DNA of 32,000 nt. Source: Nitrosospira multiformis ATCC 25196. Lineage in GTDB: Bacteria; Pseudomonadota; Gammaproteobacteria; Burkholderiales; Nitrosomonadaceae. Below, piece by piece: positions 24,722 to 32,000 of the stretch. Every line of letters begins with the position of its first letter. Within the stretch, counting starts at the first letter, position 1. The stretch lies in assembly GCF_000196355.1 (NCBI RefSeq), contig NC_007614.1:2970001-3002000 (forward strand), read 5' to 3'. The notes below the pieces were generated by a model. That model made no database searches and was not told the origin of the DNA. It saw only the letters and a list, made by a program, of their open reading frames with translations. Position numbers and translations under genes: made by a program.

Positions 24722-25505
24722 ATTCTGCCCAATCCGTAATGAGATTTGGTGTAATACCTAGCGCTAATACTGGACAGCCTCCATGTCTGCCAGCATTCAG
24801 GCGGTACAACAGCTTGCCCATCCATGTTGTGCTCGCTCCATATTTTGTTTTAATAAGCTTCGGCTTGCCGTTCTTGCTGGTCTTGGGCGTACCATCGCTG
24901 TTTAGCTCAGGGCCCAGCTTTTCGAAAACGGCATTGAGTGAGGCGCTTCTCGTGAGGAGAATAGCGGCGTCGATCAGGTCACATTCATGAAAAGCGCGGA
25001 AGGCATAAAGATCCCGGTCAAACGTCTGGTCCTTGCTGTTCCACTCCAGGTCAAATGCAACACGTTTCTTGACGTAGTCCACCTTATGCCCATCAAGAAA
25101 ATTCTCCCGGACAATGCGCTCAACCTGGCCCTTGTTCTTGAGCTCCTCAATCTTTTCCAGCGTATCCGACTCGTTTTCTTCCATGCCCTCGAGATCTTTC
25201 TCCCCCAAGTTTTTGTCAATTGTTCCGGATACTTTGGTAATCAGCAAGTCTCCCTTGATGCGCGTTTCCATCCAGCCTTTTGCTCTTAGAAGCCCAGAGA
25301 TCCGTTTGGGAATATCGGATTCGTTGCCCCCAGGTTTACGGATATCCGCCAGCGTCAGGCGAAATACGCGGAGTGCCTCGATGATCTCCTGAAATTCGTT
25401 GGGACAACCGGTTGCCAAGACCTGCGCCGCGTTACGGTAATTATGAATTTCGTAAAGATCCCGGATGTCCTCGGGGATAAAAGCATCGATCGGATTCTCA
25501 CTCAT
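24702..25505 (-). CDS. Putative type II restriction endonuclease, BglII/BamHI-like
   Basis: 267 aa. GHKVDYVKKRVAFDLEWNSKDQTFDRDLYAFRAF resembles the BglII active-site block (GTDIDFGKRDTLVEVQFSNYPFLLNN...), that is, D-x8/9-(D/E)-x-(E/Q). It lies immediately upstream of, and overlaps, a methyltransferase gene. The assignment is by eye only. Confidence 0.55.
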   Translation of the reverse strand: MSENPIDAFIPEDIRDLYEIHNYRNAAQVLATGCPNEFQEIIEALRVFRLTLADIRKPGGNESDIPKRISGLLRAKGWMETRIKGDLLITKVSGTIDKNLGEKDLEGMEENESDTLEKIEELKNKGQVERIVRENFLDGHKVDYVKKRVAFDLEWNSKDQTFDRDLYAFRAFHECDLIDAAILLTRSASLNAVFEKLGPELNSDGTPKTSKNGKPKLIKTKYGASTTWMGKLLYRLNAGRHGGCPVLALGITPNLITDWAEYESKNT

Positions 25506-25534
25506 AAGGAAGTGCTATTGCTTTACAGGGAGCT

Positions 25535-26998
25535 TCACAAGTCCAAATCCGTCCACATCCCATCCACCCTTGCCTTCACCACCTCATCCATCGTAATCGG
25601 CTTGCCCCATTCCCGGCTGGTTTCCCCTGGCCATTTGTTGGTAGCATCCAGCCCCATTTTTCCACCCAGCCCTGAAACGGGGCTTGCGAAGTCGAGATAA
25701 TCGATAGGCGTGTTTTCCACGATCAATGTATCGCGCGCAGGATCGACTCGCGTGGTGATGGCCCAGATGACTTCCTTCCAGTCACGGATGTTGACGTCAT
25801 CATCGGTGACGATAATGAATTTGGTGTACATGAATTGCCGCAGGAAGCTCCACACGCCGAACATGATGCGCTTGGCGTGGCCAGCATATTGCTTCTTCAT
25901 GCTCACCACGGCCATGCGGTAGGAACAGCCTTCCGGCGGCAGGTAGAAATCGACGATTTCGGTGAACTGCTTTTGCAGCAGGGGCACGAATACTTCGTTC
26001 AGCGCTACACCCAGTATGGCGGGCTCATCCGGCGGCTTGCCAGTGTAGGTGGAATGGTAGATCGGATCGCGGCGCATGGTGATGCGCTCGATGGTAAATA
26101 CCGGGAAGGTTTCCTGCTCGTTGTAATAGCCGGTGTGGTCGCCGAAGGGGCCTTCCACCGCTGTCTCATCGGGATGGATGTATCCTTCCAGCACGATTTC
26201 GGCGCTGGCGGGAACCTGCAAATCGTGCGTCAGGCATTTGACGATTTCGGTTTTCGCGCCTCGCAGCAGTCCGGCGAACTGGTACTCGCTCAAACTATCC
26301 GGCACCGGAGTGACAGCACCGAGTATGGTTGCCGGGTCCGCCCCCAGGGCTACTGCAATGGGATAGGGCTGTCCCGGATTGGCAAGAGTGAAGTCGCGAA
26401 AATCGAGGGCGCCGCCTCGGTGAGCCAGCCAGCGCATGATGACTTTATTGGGGGCGATCACCTGCTGGCGGTAAATGCCGAGATTCTGCCGGGTCTTGTG
26501 GGGACCTTTGGTAACGGTCAGTCCCCATGTGATCAACGGGCCCGCGTCGCCCGGCCAGCACGTCTGGATCGGCAGTTTGCCGAGGTCCACATCCTTGCCT
26601 TCCCAGACGATTTCCTGGCAGGATGCCCTTGAGAGCTCCTTTGGCGCCATGTTGAGCACCTGTTTCAGCACGGGCAATTTCTCCCACGCGTCTTTCAAGC
26701 CTTTGGGAGGATCGGGTTCTTTCAGATAGGCAAGGAGCTTGCCCACCTCGCGCAGCGCCTCGACCGAATCCTGCCCCATGCCCATCGCCACGCGCTTCGG
26801 CGTGCCGAACAGGTTTCCCAGCACGGGAATGTCATGCCCCCTGGATTTTTCGAACAGGACGGCAGGACCGCCCGCTTTCAGCAGGCGGTCGCAGATTTCC
26901 GTCATTTCCAGATGAGGATCGATCTCGACTGCCACGCGTTTCAGCTCGCCCTGTCTTTCGAGTTGCGCAAGAAAATCGCGCAGGTCCTTGTACTTCAT
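25535..26998 (-). CDS. ubiD: 4-hydroxy-3-polyprenylbenzoate decarboxylase UbiD
   Basis: 487 aa. [22 protein letters not shown]...GGPAVLFEK...[14 protein letters not shown] is the canonical UbiD N-terminus. The full length fits the family. Confidence 0.93.
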   Translation of the reverse strand: MKYKDLRDFLAQLERQGELKRVAVEIDPHLEMTEICDRLLKAGGPAVLFEKSRGHDIPVLGNLFGTPKRVAMGMGQDSVEALREVGKLLAYLKEPDPPKGLKDAWEKLPVLKQVLNMAPKELSRASCQEIVWEGKDVDLGKLPIQTCWPGDAGPLITWGLTVTKGPHKTRQNLGIYRQQVIAPNKVIMRWLAHRGGALDFRDFTLANPGQPYPIAVALGADPATILGAVTPVPDSLSEYQFAGLLRGAKTEIVKCLTHDLQVPASAEIVLEGYIHPDETAVEGPFGDHTGYYNEQETFPVFTIERITMRRDPIYHSTYTGKPPDEPAILGVALNEVFVPLLQKQFTEIVDFYLPPEGCSYRMAVVSMKKQYAGHAKRIMFGVWSFLRQFMYTKFIIVTDDDVNIRDWKEVIWAITTRVDPARDTLIVENTPIDYLDFASPVSGLGGKMGLDATNKWPGETSREWGKPITMDEVVKARVDGMWTDLDL

Positions 26999-27022
26999 TT
27001 ACGCCCTTTACGTCCGGAAACC

Positions 27023-27895
27023 TTAAGAAGCCGCTCTTACCAAGTAATCCAGCACGATACCGGCAAATATCGTCGCACCCACCCAGTTGTTGTGGAGAAA
27101 AGCCTTGAAGCAGCGCGCGCGGTCGCGGTCGTGGATCAGGCGGTATTGATACAGGATGAGTCCCAGCGCTGTGGCCAGGCCAATGTAATAAATGACACCG
27201 AGATTCTGCAGCAGGCCGATGGCAACCATGCCCGCGAGGAAAGCCATATGGCACAACACCACACCGACGACGTCGAAACGTCCGAACGTGATGGCGGAAG
27301 TCTTGATGCCGATCCGGAGATCGTCCACCTTGTCCACCATGGCGTATTCGGTATCGTAGGCGATCACCCACAACAGGTTTGCACCCATCAGGAACCAGGC
27401 AGGAAACGGCACTTCCCCGGTCTGGGCGGCGAATGCCATGGGGATGCCAAAGCTGAAGGCGATGCCGAGGTAAGCCTGCGGCATGGCAAAAAACCGCTTG
27501 GTGAAAGGGTAGCTTGCGGCCAGGAACAGGGCGACAAACGAAAGCTCGATGGTAAGCCGGTTCAGCGGCTGGATCAGCAGGAACGCCACGAGGCTCAACC
27601 CTGCAGCCAGCAGCAGCGCTTCCCTGGTGCTCACCGCTCCAAGTGCCAGGGGGCGGGTCCGGGTACGCTCGACATGTCCATCGAAATTGCGATCAGCATA
27701 GTCGTTGACGACACAACCGGCGGAGCGCATCAGCACCGTCCCCAGCACGAATATCAACAGGATATCCAACCGCGGCACACCTTCCGCTGCCAGCCACAAG
27801 CCCCATAGCGTGGGCCACAACAGCAGCAGAATGCCGATGGGCTTGTCCAGCCGCATCAGCTTTTCGTAATGCACGAGACGTTGAGTGAGTGTCAC
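27023..27895 (-). CDS. ubiA: 4-hydroxybenzoate polyprenyltransferase UbiA
   Basis: The track ORF (392 aa) is over-extended. A GTG at 27895 overlaps the ubiC stop (GCGTGACA) and gives a 290-aa protein: (M)TLTQRLVHYEKLMRLDKPIGILLLLWPTLWGLW...NDYADRNFDGHVERTRTRPL. This is colinear with E. coli UbiA as I remember it. Confidence 0.9.
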   Translation of the reverse strand: MTLTQRLVHYEKLMRLDKPIGILLLLWPTLWGLWLAAEGVPRLDILLIFVLGTVLMRSAGCVVNDYADRNFDGHVERTRTRPLALGAVSTREALLLAAGLSLVAFLLIQPLNRLTIELSFVALFLAASYPFTKRFFAMPQAYLGIAFSFGIPMAFAAQTGEVPFPAWFLMGANLLWVIAYDTEYAMVDKVDDLRIGIKTSAITFGRFDVVGVVLCHMAFLAGMVAIGLLQNLGVIYYIGLATALGLILYQYRLIHDRDRARCFKAFLHNNWVGATIFAGIVLDYLVRAAS

Positions 27896-28434
27896 GCAAG
27901 CTCCAGGATGGAAGGAAGGAATACTTCGGTAACCAGTATGGACTGGCCATGCAGCGTGAACAGGGAGCGACGCGCCCACAGATTCCCCGGCTGCACCCGC
28001 AACTTGCGGCAGGCGCGGCTGAAAAGCGGATGAGCCGCAGTCAGCTTCTTGAAGCGGAGCGGTGTACGCTTGACGACAGGATTGGTAAATAACACTGTCC
28101 CCAGCGACTTGTTGCCCAGTCCGATCAGGCTGCGCCATGCGCCGCGCAAATGTTTCCGCGCCACCACGGAATGGGCAAAGACAACCGGCGTCTCGCCGCA
28201 ATATAAATACACTTCCCGCACCAGGGCCAGTTCATCCCGCCGTAAATTCATTACGGCCAGTTCATCGTCGCAGACCGTTGCCAACGACTGGAACACTGGC
28301 TTGACACTGAACTCACTGCAGCAGCGGCGCTGAATAAGCTGGGTAAGAGAGCCGCGATTTTGCAACCAGCCCCGGGCGCGGGGCGATATGGAGGAAGGTG
28401 CAGGATGCCAGTCCGATAGCTGGGCAGCATTCAT
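27892..28434 (-). CDS. ubiC: Chorismate pyruvate-lyase UbiC
   Basis: 180 aa. ...WLQNRGSLTQLIQRRC...REVYLYCGETPVVFAHSVV...LGNKSLGTVLF is typical UbiC text. It is coupled to ubiA. Confidence 0.85.
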   Translation of the reverse strand: MNAAQLSDWHPAPSSISPRARGWLQNRGSLTQLIQRRCCSEFSVKPVFQSLATVCDDELAVMNLRRDELALVREVYLYCGETPVVFAHSVVARKHLRGAWRSLIGLGNKSLGTVLFTNPVVKRTPLRFKKLTAAHPLFSRACRKLRVQPGNLWARRSLFTLHGQSILVTEVFLPSILELA

Positions 28435-28648
28435 TCCGGAAGAGCTGAAAAGAGTGAATTATGCCCCATAATCCAGCCCGGCTGAATCCTTAGCCCGGAT
28501 ATTTCACCAAACCGGCCTGAGAATTGTAGAAAGCAGTATGAACACGGGTATTTGATCAACTCAGGCGGAATCCGGCTTATACCAGGGGTCTTAACAGCAC
28601 AGATGGATTTTGCGGCATCTTTGCACCCCTGGTTGATGCAATCCCGTT

Positions 28649-29752
28649 TCACTCGGGCGCAAATGCGCCAATAAGGGAACGTAGCGTGCCCATCAATGTC
28701 AGCGCCCATATCAGCAATGCGAACCAACCCCAATAGTACGAAATAACCGCCAGGGATTCATCCCCCGCCGCTTTCGCCAGGGCAAGCGTGCAGGCTGTAT
28801 ACATTCCCATCGGAAAGACTCTGCTCCATGCCGGAGGATCATAAATCTGATATTGCCGGCCCAATGCCAGCCGGGACCAGGGAAAAACTTTAACGCACAA
28901 CGGTACGGGGCCAGCGATCCCGACACGCGTGAATTTACGGATATCCATGATCACCTGATAGGGAATCCACAATGTGCCGACAACCCAGGCGAACAGGGTC
29001 ATCCATAATGCACACTCCCGTATACCGTTCCATGCCGGGAGGAGGGGCAAATGCGTGACAAAGTCTGCGCCTGCCAATGTAATGATCGCGGCGGCCCCCA
29101 TGCAGATCCAGTAAGGAGCGTCCCAGTCTGCGAGTTCGAATCTTCTGAAAAACAGGCAATGGGTTACCAGCGACACGATTACCAGGTACAGGATAAATCC
29201 GAAAGCCCAGAACGCACCCACTGCAAAGTAAACGTAACCGGGCGGTGTTGCTATTGCCTCGAGCAGATGAGTCGCAAGCAGAGCAACCGAAACCGTGCCC
29301 ACCGCAACCAGCAGCGTCGCACCGGTCACGATTTCGTGGATATGCTGCGAGCGTGCAGAGACAAGATTGACGGCAATGGAATAAATGCACATGAACCAGC
29401 CAATCAACGCCACCAGCCAAAGTGACGCTGCCAGCACAATGGCATGCTTGAAGACAAACAGCTGCATACCAACCGTATTGGTTCCCACCACGAACGTCAG
29501 AAACAGCCAGGCGCGCCGCAGCGTCAGGAAATCCGACTTCAGATCCGGCAGGAAAAATGCCATCCTCGCGACGAGGACGGCGCACAAGGTCAGATAGAAA
29601 ATCAAATTCAGCAGGAAGAGCGCCTTTGCTATGGCGGAAAAACCCATCGCTTCAAAGGCAAGAGATACGATGCCGGTTGCCATCACCATGGCGAAGTAGG
29701 CAGGATGAAAATTCCTTACGCCGTTAGTGATGATAGCCTGGTATCGGCTCAT
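28649..29752 (-). CDS. TehA/TDT-family (tellurite-resistance / C4-dicarboxylate transporter, SLAC1-like) membrane protein
   Basis: 367 aa with about 10 TM segments. The N-terminus ...FHPAYFAMVMATGIVSLA is characteristic of the family. Confidence 0.7.
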   Translation of the reverse strand: MSRYQAIITNGVRNFHPAYFAMVMATGIVSLAFEAMGFSAIAKALFLLNLIFYLTLCAVLVARMAFFLPDLKSDFLTLRRAWLFLTFVVGTNTVGMQLFVFKHAIVLAASLWLVALIGWFMCIYSIAVNLVSARSQHIHEIVTGATLLVAVGTVSVALLATHLLEAIATPPGYVYFAVGAFWAFGFILYLVIVSLVTHCLFFRRFELADWDAPYWICMGAAAIITLAGADFVTHLPLLPAWNGIRECALWMTLFAWVVGTLWIPYQVIMDIRKFTRVGIAGPVPLCVKVFPWSRLALGRQYQIYDPPAWSRVFPMGMYTACTLALAKAAGDESLAVISYYWGWFALLIWALTLMGTLRSLIGAFAPE

Positions 29753-29781
29753 GATGGTGCCTGTTCATGAGGCAGAAGTGA

Positions 29782-30771
29782 TCAGGGTTTTCGTGAAAGC
29801 AGCAGCAATAGCATCGGTACGCCCAGCAAAGCGGTCAATACGCCCACAGGTAACTGTTGGGGGGCCCATAGCGTCCGCCCCAGGGTATCGGCCAGCGTGA
29901 GAAAGCTGCCCCCCAATAATACCGCCAGAGGCAATAACCAGCGAAAATTACTGACCCCCAGCAGGCGGACCGCATGCGGTACGATCAGGCCCACGAAGCC
30001 GATGACTCCCGCGAGCATCAACGCCGCCACGGTGGCAAGCGATGCGCAAAAATAAATTCCTATTTGCAACGGTAGCACGGCCACGCCTAAAGTTCTTGCC
30101 TTCATTTGACCCAGTGACAAAACGTTCAGGCTCCCGGAAAAAAGCAGGCTCACGGCGGATACGAGAATGAGCGTTACCCAGGCTGGCAATGGCTCTTCGG
30201 CACGCGAAACATCCCCCATCAACCAGAAGAGCATGCCTTTGACATCGCTCGCCGGCGCAAGGGTAAGAATCAGCGTTGTGAGCGCCCCGCAACCAGCGGA
30301 CAACACCACACCAGTCAGAAGCAGCCGGTAAAGATTCCAGTTGCCCGCGCGAAAACTCAGGCCGAATACAATGGCAACGATCGTCAAAGCTCCCGCTAGG
30401 GACGTCAGATTCGTCAGCAGAGTTCCCCACCCGAGGAGCATGGCAAGGAGTGCGCCTACGGCTGCGCCCCCCGAAACCCCCAGGATATATGGATCGGCGA
30501 GAGGATTGCGCAATAAAACCTGCAACAATGCCCCCGCCAGCGCCAGAAGACCGCCGCAGGCAAAGGCGGCCAGTACCCGTGGCAGGCGAAGTTGCCAGAT
30601 AATCTGATGAGAGATGCTGTCGGTTGAAGACAGCAGTGCTTGAACGACGCCGAAAACCGGAATATGGACGCTGCCGAACAGCAAACCGATGAAAAGGCTG
30701 CCCATGGCCAGCAGGCCGAAGAGAACCAGCAGCAGGGGATACGAATGTCTGAAGCCTGCGCCTGATGTCAT
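29782..30771 (-). CDS. FecCD/BtuC-family ABC transporter permease (iron-siderophore / cobalamin type)
   Basis: 329 aa. RLPRVLAAFACGGLLALAGALLQVLLRNPLADPYILGVSGGAAVGA is the family signature. No ATPase or binding-protein gene is adjacent in the window. Confidence 0.88.
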   Translation of the reverse strand: MTSGAGFRHSYPLLLVLFGLLAMGSLFIGLLFGSVHIPVFGVVQALLSSTDSISHQIIWQLRLPRVLAAFACGGLLALAGALLQVLLRNPLADPYILGVSGGAAVGALLAMLLGWGTLLTNLTSLAGALTIVAIVFGLSFRAGNWNLYRLLLTGVVLSAGCGALTTLILTLAPASDVKGMLFWLMGDVSRAEEPLPAWVTLILVSAVSLLFSGSLNVLSLGQMKARTLGVAVLPLQIGIYFCASLATVAALMLAGVIGFVGLIVPHAVRLLGVSNFRWLLPLAVLLGGSFLTLADTLGRTLWAPQQLPVGVLTALLGVPMLLLLLSRKP

Positions 30772-30934
30772 GCCAGTACGCAGATATTCAATGCTCGCGA
30801 CTGGGAGAAAGCAGCGGTGAATAGGAACAACTGCCGGTTTCCGTCGGGTCGTTTCAGCATTAGGCAGCAGGGACTGCTCTTTGCCGCCCTCTCGCCTGCC
30901 TTAAGCGCCCACCTCCCCGGTGCCCTCCTCTGCG

Positions 30935-31597
30935 CTATCGCAGGCTGATGATGGGCCACCCGTTTTTTTCCGCATGTGCCCTGAGTGTTGCGTCAGGATC
31001 CACTGCCACCGGGCGGGTCACTTTTTTAAGCAGCGGCAGATCATTTAAGGAATCACTGTAAAACCAGCTTTCCAGAAAAGATAACCAGGTCAGGTTATGA
31101 TGGTCCAGCCAGCTTTCCAGGCGCACGACCTTGCCGTCGCGGAAACAGGGAGGGCCGGAAACCCTGCCCGTGAATTCCCCATCCCTTTGCTCCGGTTCGG
31201 TAGCGATGAGATGATTTATGCCGAATGCCCTTGCAATCGGCCCTGTTACAAAACTGTTGGTTGCCGTAATGATGACGCACAAATCGCCCGCAAGCATGTG
31301 GCGATTGACGAGCTTGCGCGCCTGCAGCGTGATCAGGGGCAGAATCCTTTTTTCCATGAAATCCTTGTGCCAGGCATCCAGCTGGCTGCGAGAATGACGC
31401 GACAGGGGTTTCAACTGAAAATCCAGGAATTCCTGGATATCCAGAGTACCTGCCTTGTACTGCTCGTAGAATTCGATATTGCGGGCTTCATGGAGTTCGC
31501 GGTCGAGCACCCCCTGCTCGATGAGGTGCTGTCCCCACTGGAAGTCGCTATCGCCCGCAAGCAGGGTATTATCGAGGTCAAATAAAGCAAGATTCAT
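30935..31597 (-). CDS. HAD-IB family hydrolase (phosphoserine-phosphatase-like)
   Basis: 220 aa. Motif I is FDLDNTLL, motif II is IITATN, and motif III is K...YSDSLNDLPLL. Its ATG overlaps the hda stop. Confidence 0.85.
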   Translation of the reverse strand: MNLALFDLDNTLLAGDSDFQWGQHLIEQGVLDRELHEARNIEFYEQYKAGTLDIQEFLDFQLKPLSRHSRSQLDAWHKDFMEKRILPLITLQARKLVNRHMLAGDLCVIITATNSFVTGPIARAFGINHLIATEPEQRDGEFTGRVSGPPCFRDGKVVRLESWLDHHNLTWLSFLESWFYSDSLNDLPLLKKVTRPVAVDPDATLRAHAEKNGWPIISLR

Positions 31598-32000
31598 GAG
31601 GCGGCCTGCAATAGCTCGCGTACCAGCGGAACAGTTATTTTCCGGTGACTCGCCAGCGAATATTTATCCAGCGCGTTAAGCTTCGCCATCAGGGAAGTCA
31701 AATCGCGCCGCTCATGTCGCAGCAGGTAGTCACATACCTCCTGTGGCAAAGCAAGGCCGCGGCTGCTGGCGTGGCTTTTCATGGCTTCCATTTTTTCCTC
31801 ATCAGTCAATTCATGAACCTCGTACACCAGCCCCCATGCAAGGCGGGTAAGCAGATCTGCGCGCAGCTTCAGCTGCGTGGGAGCGACGGAACCGCTTACC
31901 AGCAGGAACGCTTGCCCTTCATCACGGATACGATTATAGAGATGAAACAGTCCGATCTGGGCATCGGCACCAAGGCGATCCACGTCGTCCACCATCACGC
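31594..32000 (-). CDS. hda: DnaA regulatory inactivator Hda, C-terminal part (5' end beyond the right edge)
   Basis: The frame is open to the window edge. ...VDDVDRLGADAQIGLFHLYNRIRDEGQAFLLVSG...LLTRLAWGLVYEVHELTDEEKMEAMKSHASSRGLALPQEVCDYLLRH is typical of the Hda AAA+ lid region. Confidence 0.85.
   Translation of the reverse strand, partial: VMVDDVDRLGADAQIGLFHLYNRIRDEGQAFLLVSGSVAPTQLKLRADLLTRLAWGLVYEVHELTDEEKMEAMKSHASSRGLALPQEVCDYLLRHERRDLTSLMAKLNALDKYSLASHRKITVPLVRELLQAAS

Noticed and set aside
27896-28201. Extra 102 N-terminal codons of the ubiA track ORF
   Set aside because: They overlap ubiC in another frame. The GTG at 27895, coupled to the ubiC stop, gives a protein colinear with known UbiA, so the extension is an artefact of taking the longest ORF.
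30772-30934. Possible cobalamin riboswitch upstream of the FecCD/BtuC-type permease
   Set aside because: I could not find the conserved GCCACUG element, the GGGAA/GGUG core or a convincing B12 box, and the space is shorter than a typical element. A covariance-model scan is needed before any call.
1-32000. CRISPR arrays, rRNA/tRNA genes and long tandem or dispersed repeats
   Set aside because: Reading the intergenic regions showed no regularly spaced direct repeats and no rRNA- or tRNA-like sequences. The only clear repeats are the IS terminal inverted repeats and the two operator half-site pairs.

Overview
This looks like a chromosomal segment from a beta- or gamma-proteobacterium. That guess rests only on gene content: PEP-CTERM proteins, Hda, UbiC-UbiA-UbiD and a lexA-imuA-imuB-dnaE2 cassette. 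Layout: (1) 1-6642, a tightly coupled minus-strand operon that mixes T2SS parts (GspG, GspF, GspE) with PilM/N/O/P-like assembly proteins. It ends in a TPR lipoprotein that runs off the left edge. (2) 6.7-10.3 kb, a gene-decay zone with two degraded receiver/hybrid-kinase genes, a multi-frameshifted EpsC/CysE-type serine acetyltransferase and a VanZ-like gene. (3) 10374-11087, a PEP-CTERM protein with a good sigma-54 promoter match and a clean terminator. (4) 11.2-17.3 kb, a self-regulated SOS mutagenesis cassette (lexA-like, imuA, imuB, dnaE2). Two GAAC-N4-GTTC-type operators sit on a near-consensus sigma-70 promoter. (5) 17.4-20.9 kb, a DUF2501 protein, a three-gene operon ending in an enlarged YeiH-family transporter, and a GFA-family protein. 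(6) 21.2-25.5 kb, a visibly AT-rich island with three co-oriented genes: a BglII/BamHI-like restriction endonuclease, an MT-A70 methyltransferase and an AIPR abortive-infection protein. An 843-bp IS5-family element interrupts the AIPR gene at codon 13, and the insertion can be reconstructed to the base. (7) 25.5-32 kb, housekeeping genes: ubiD, ubiA, ubiC, a TehA/TDT-type transporter, an orphan FecCD permease, a HAD-IB hydrolase and hda (partial). The best candidate for something new is the REase-MTase-AIPR cassette and its IS-mediated rewiring. All calls come from reading the translations and sequence by eye; no database search was run.
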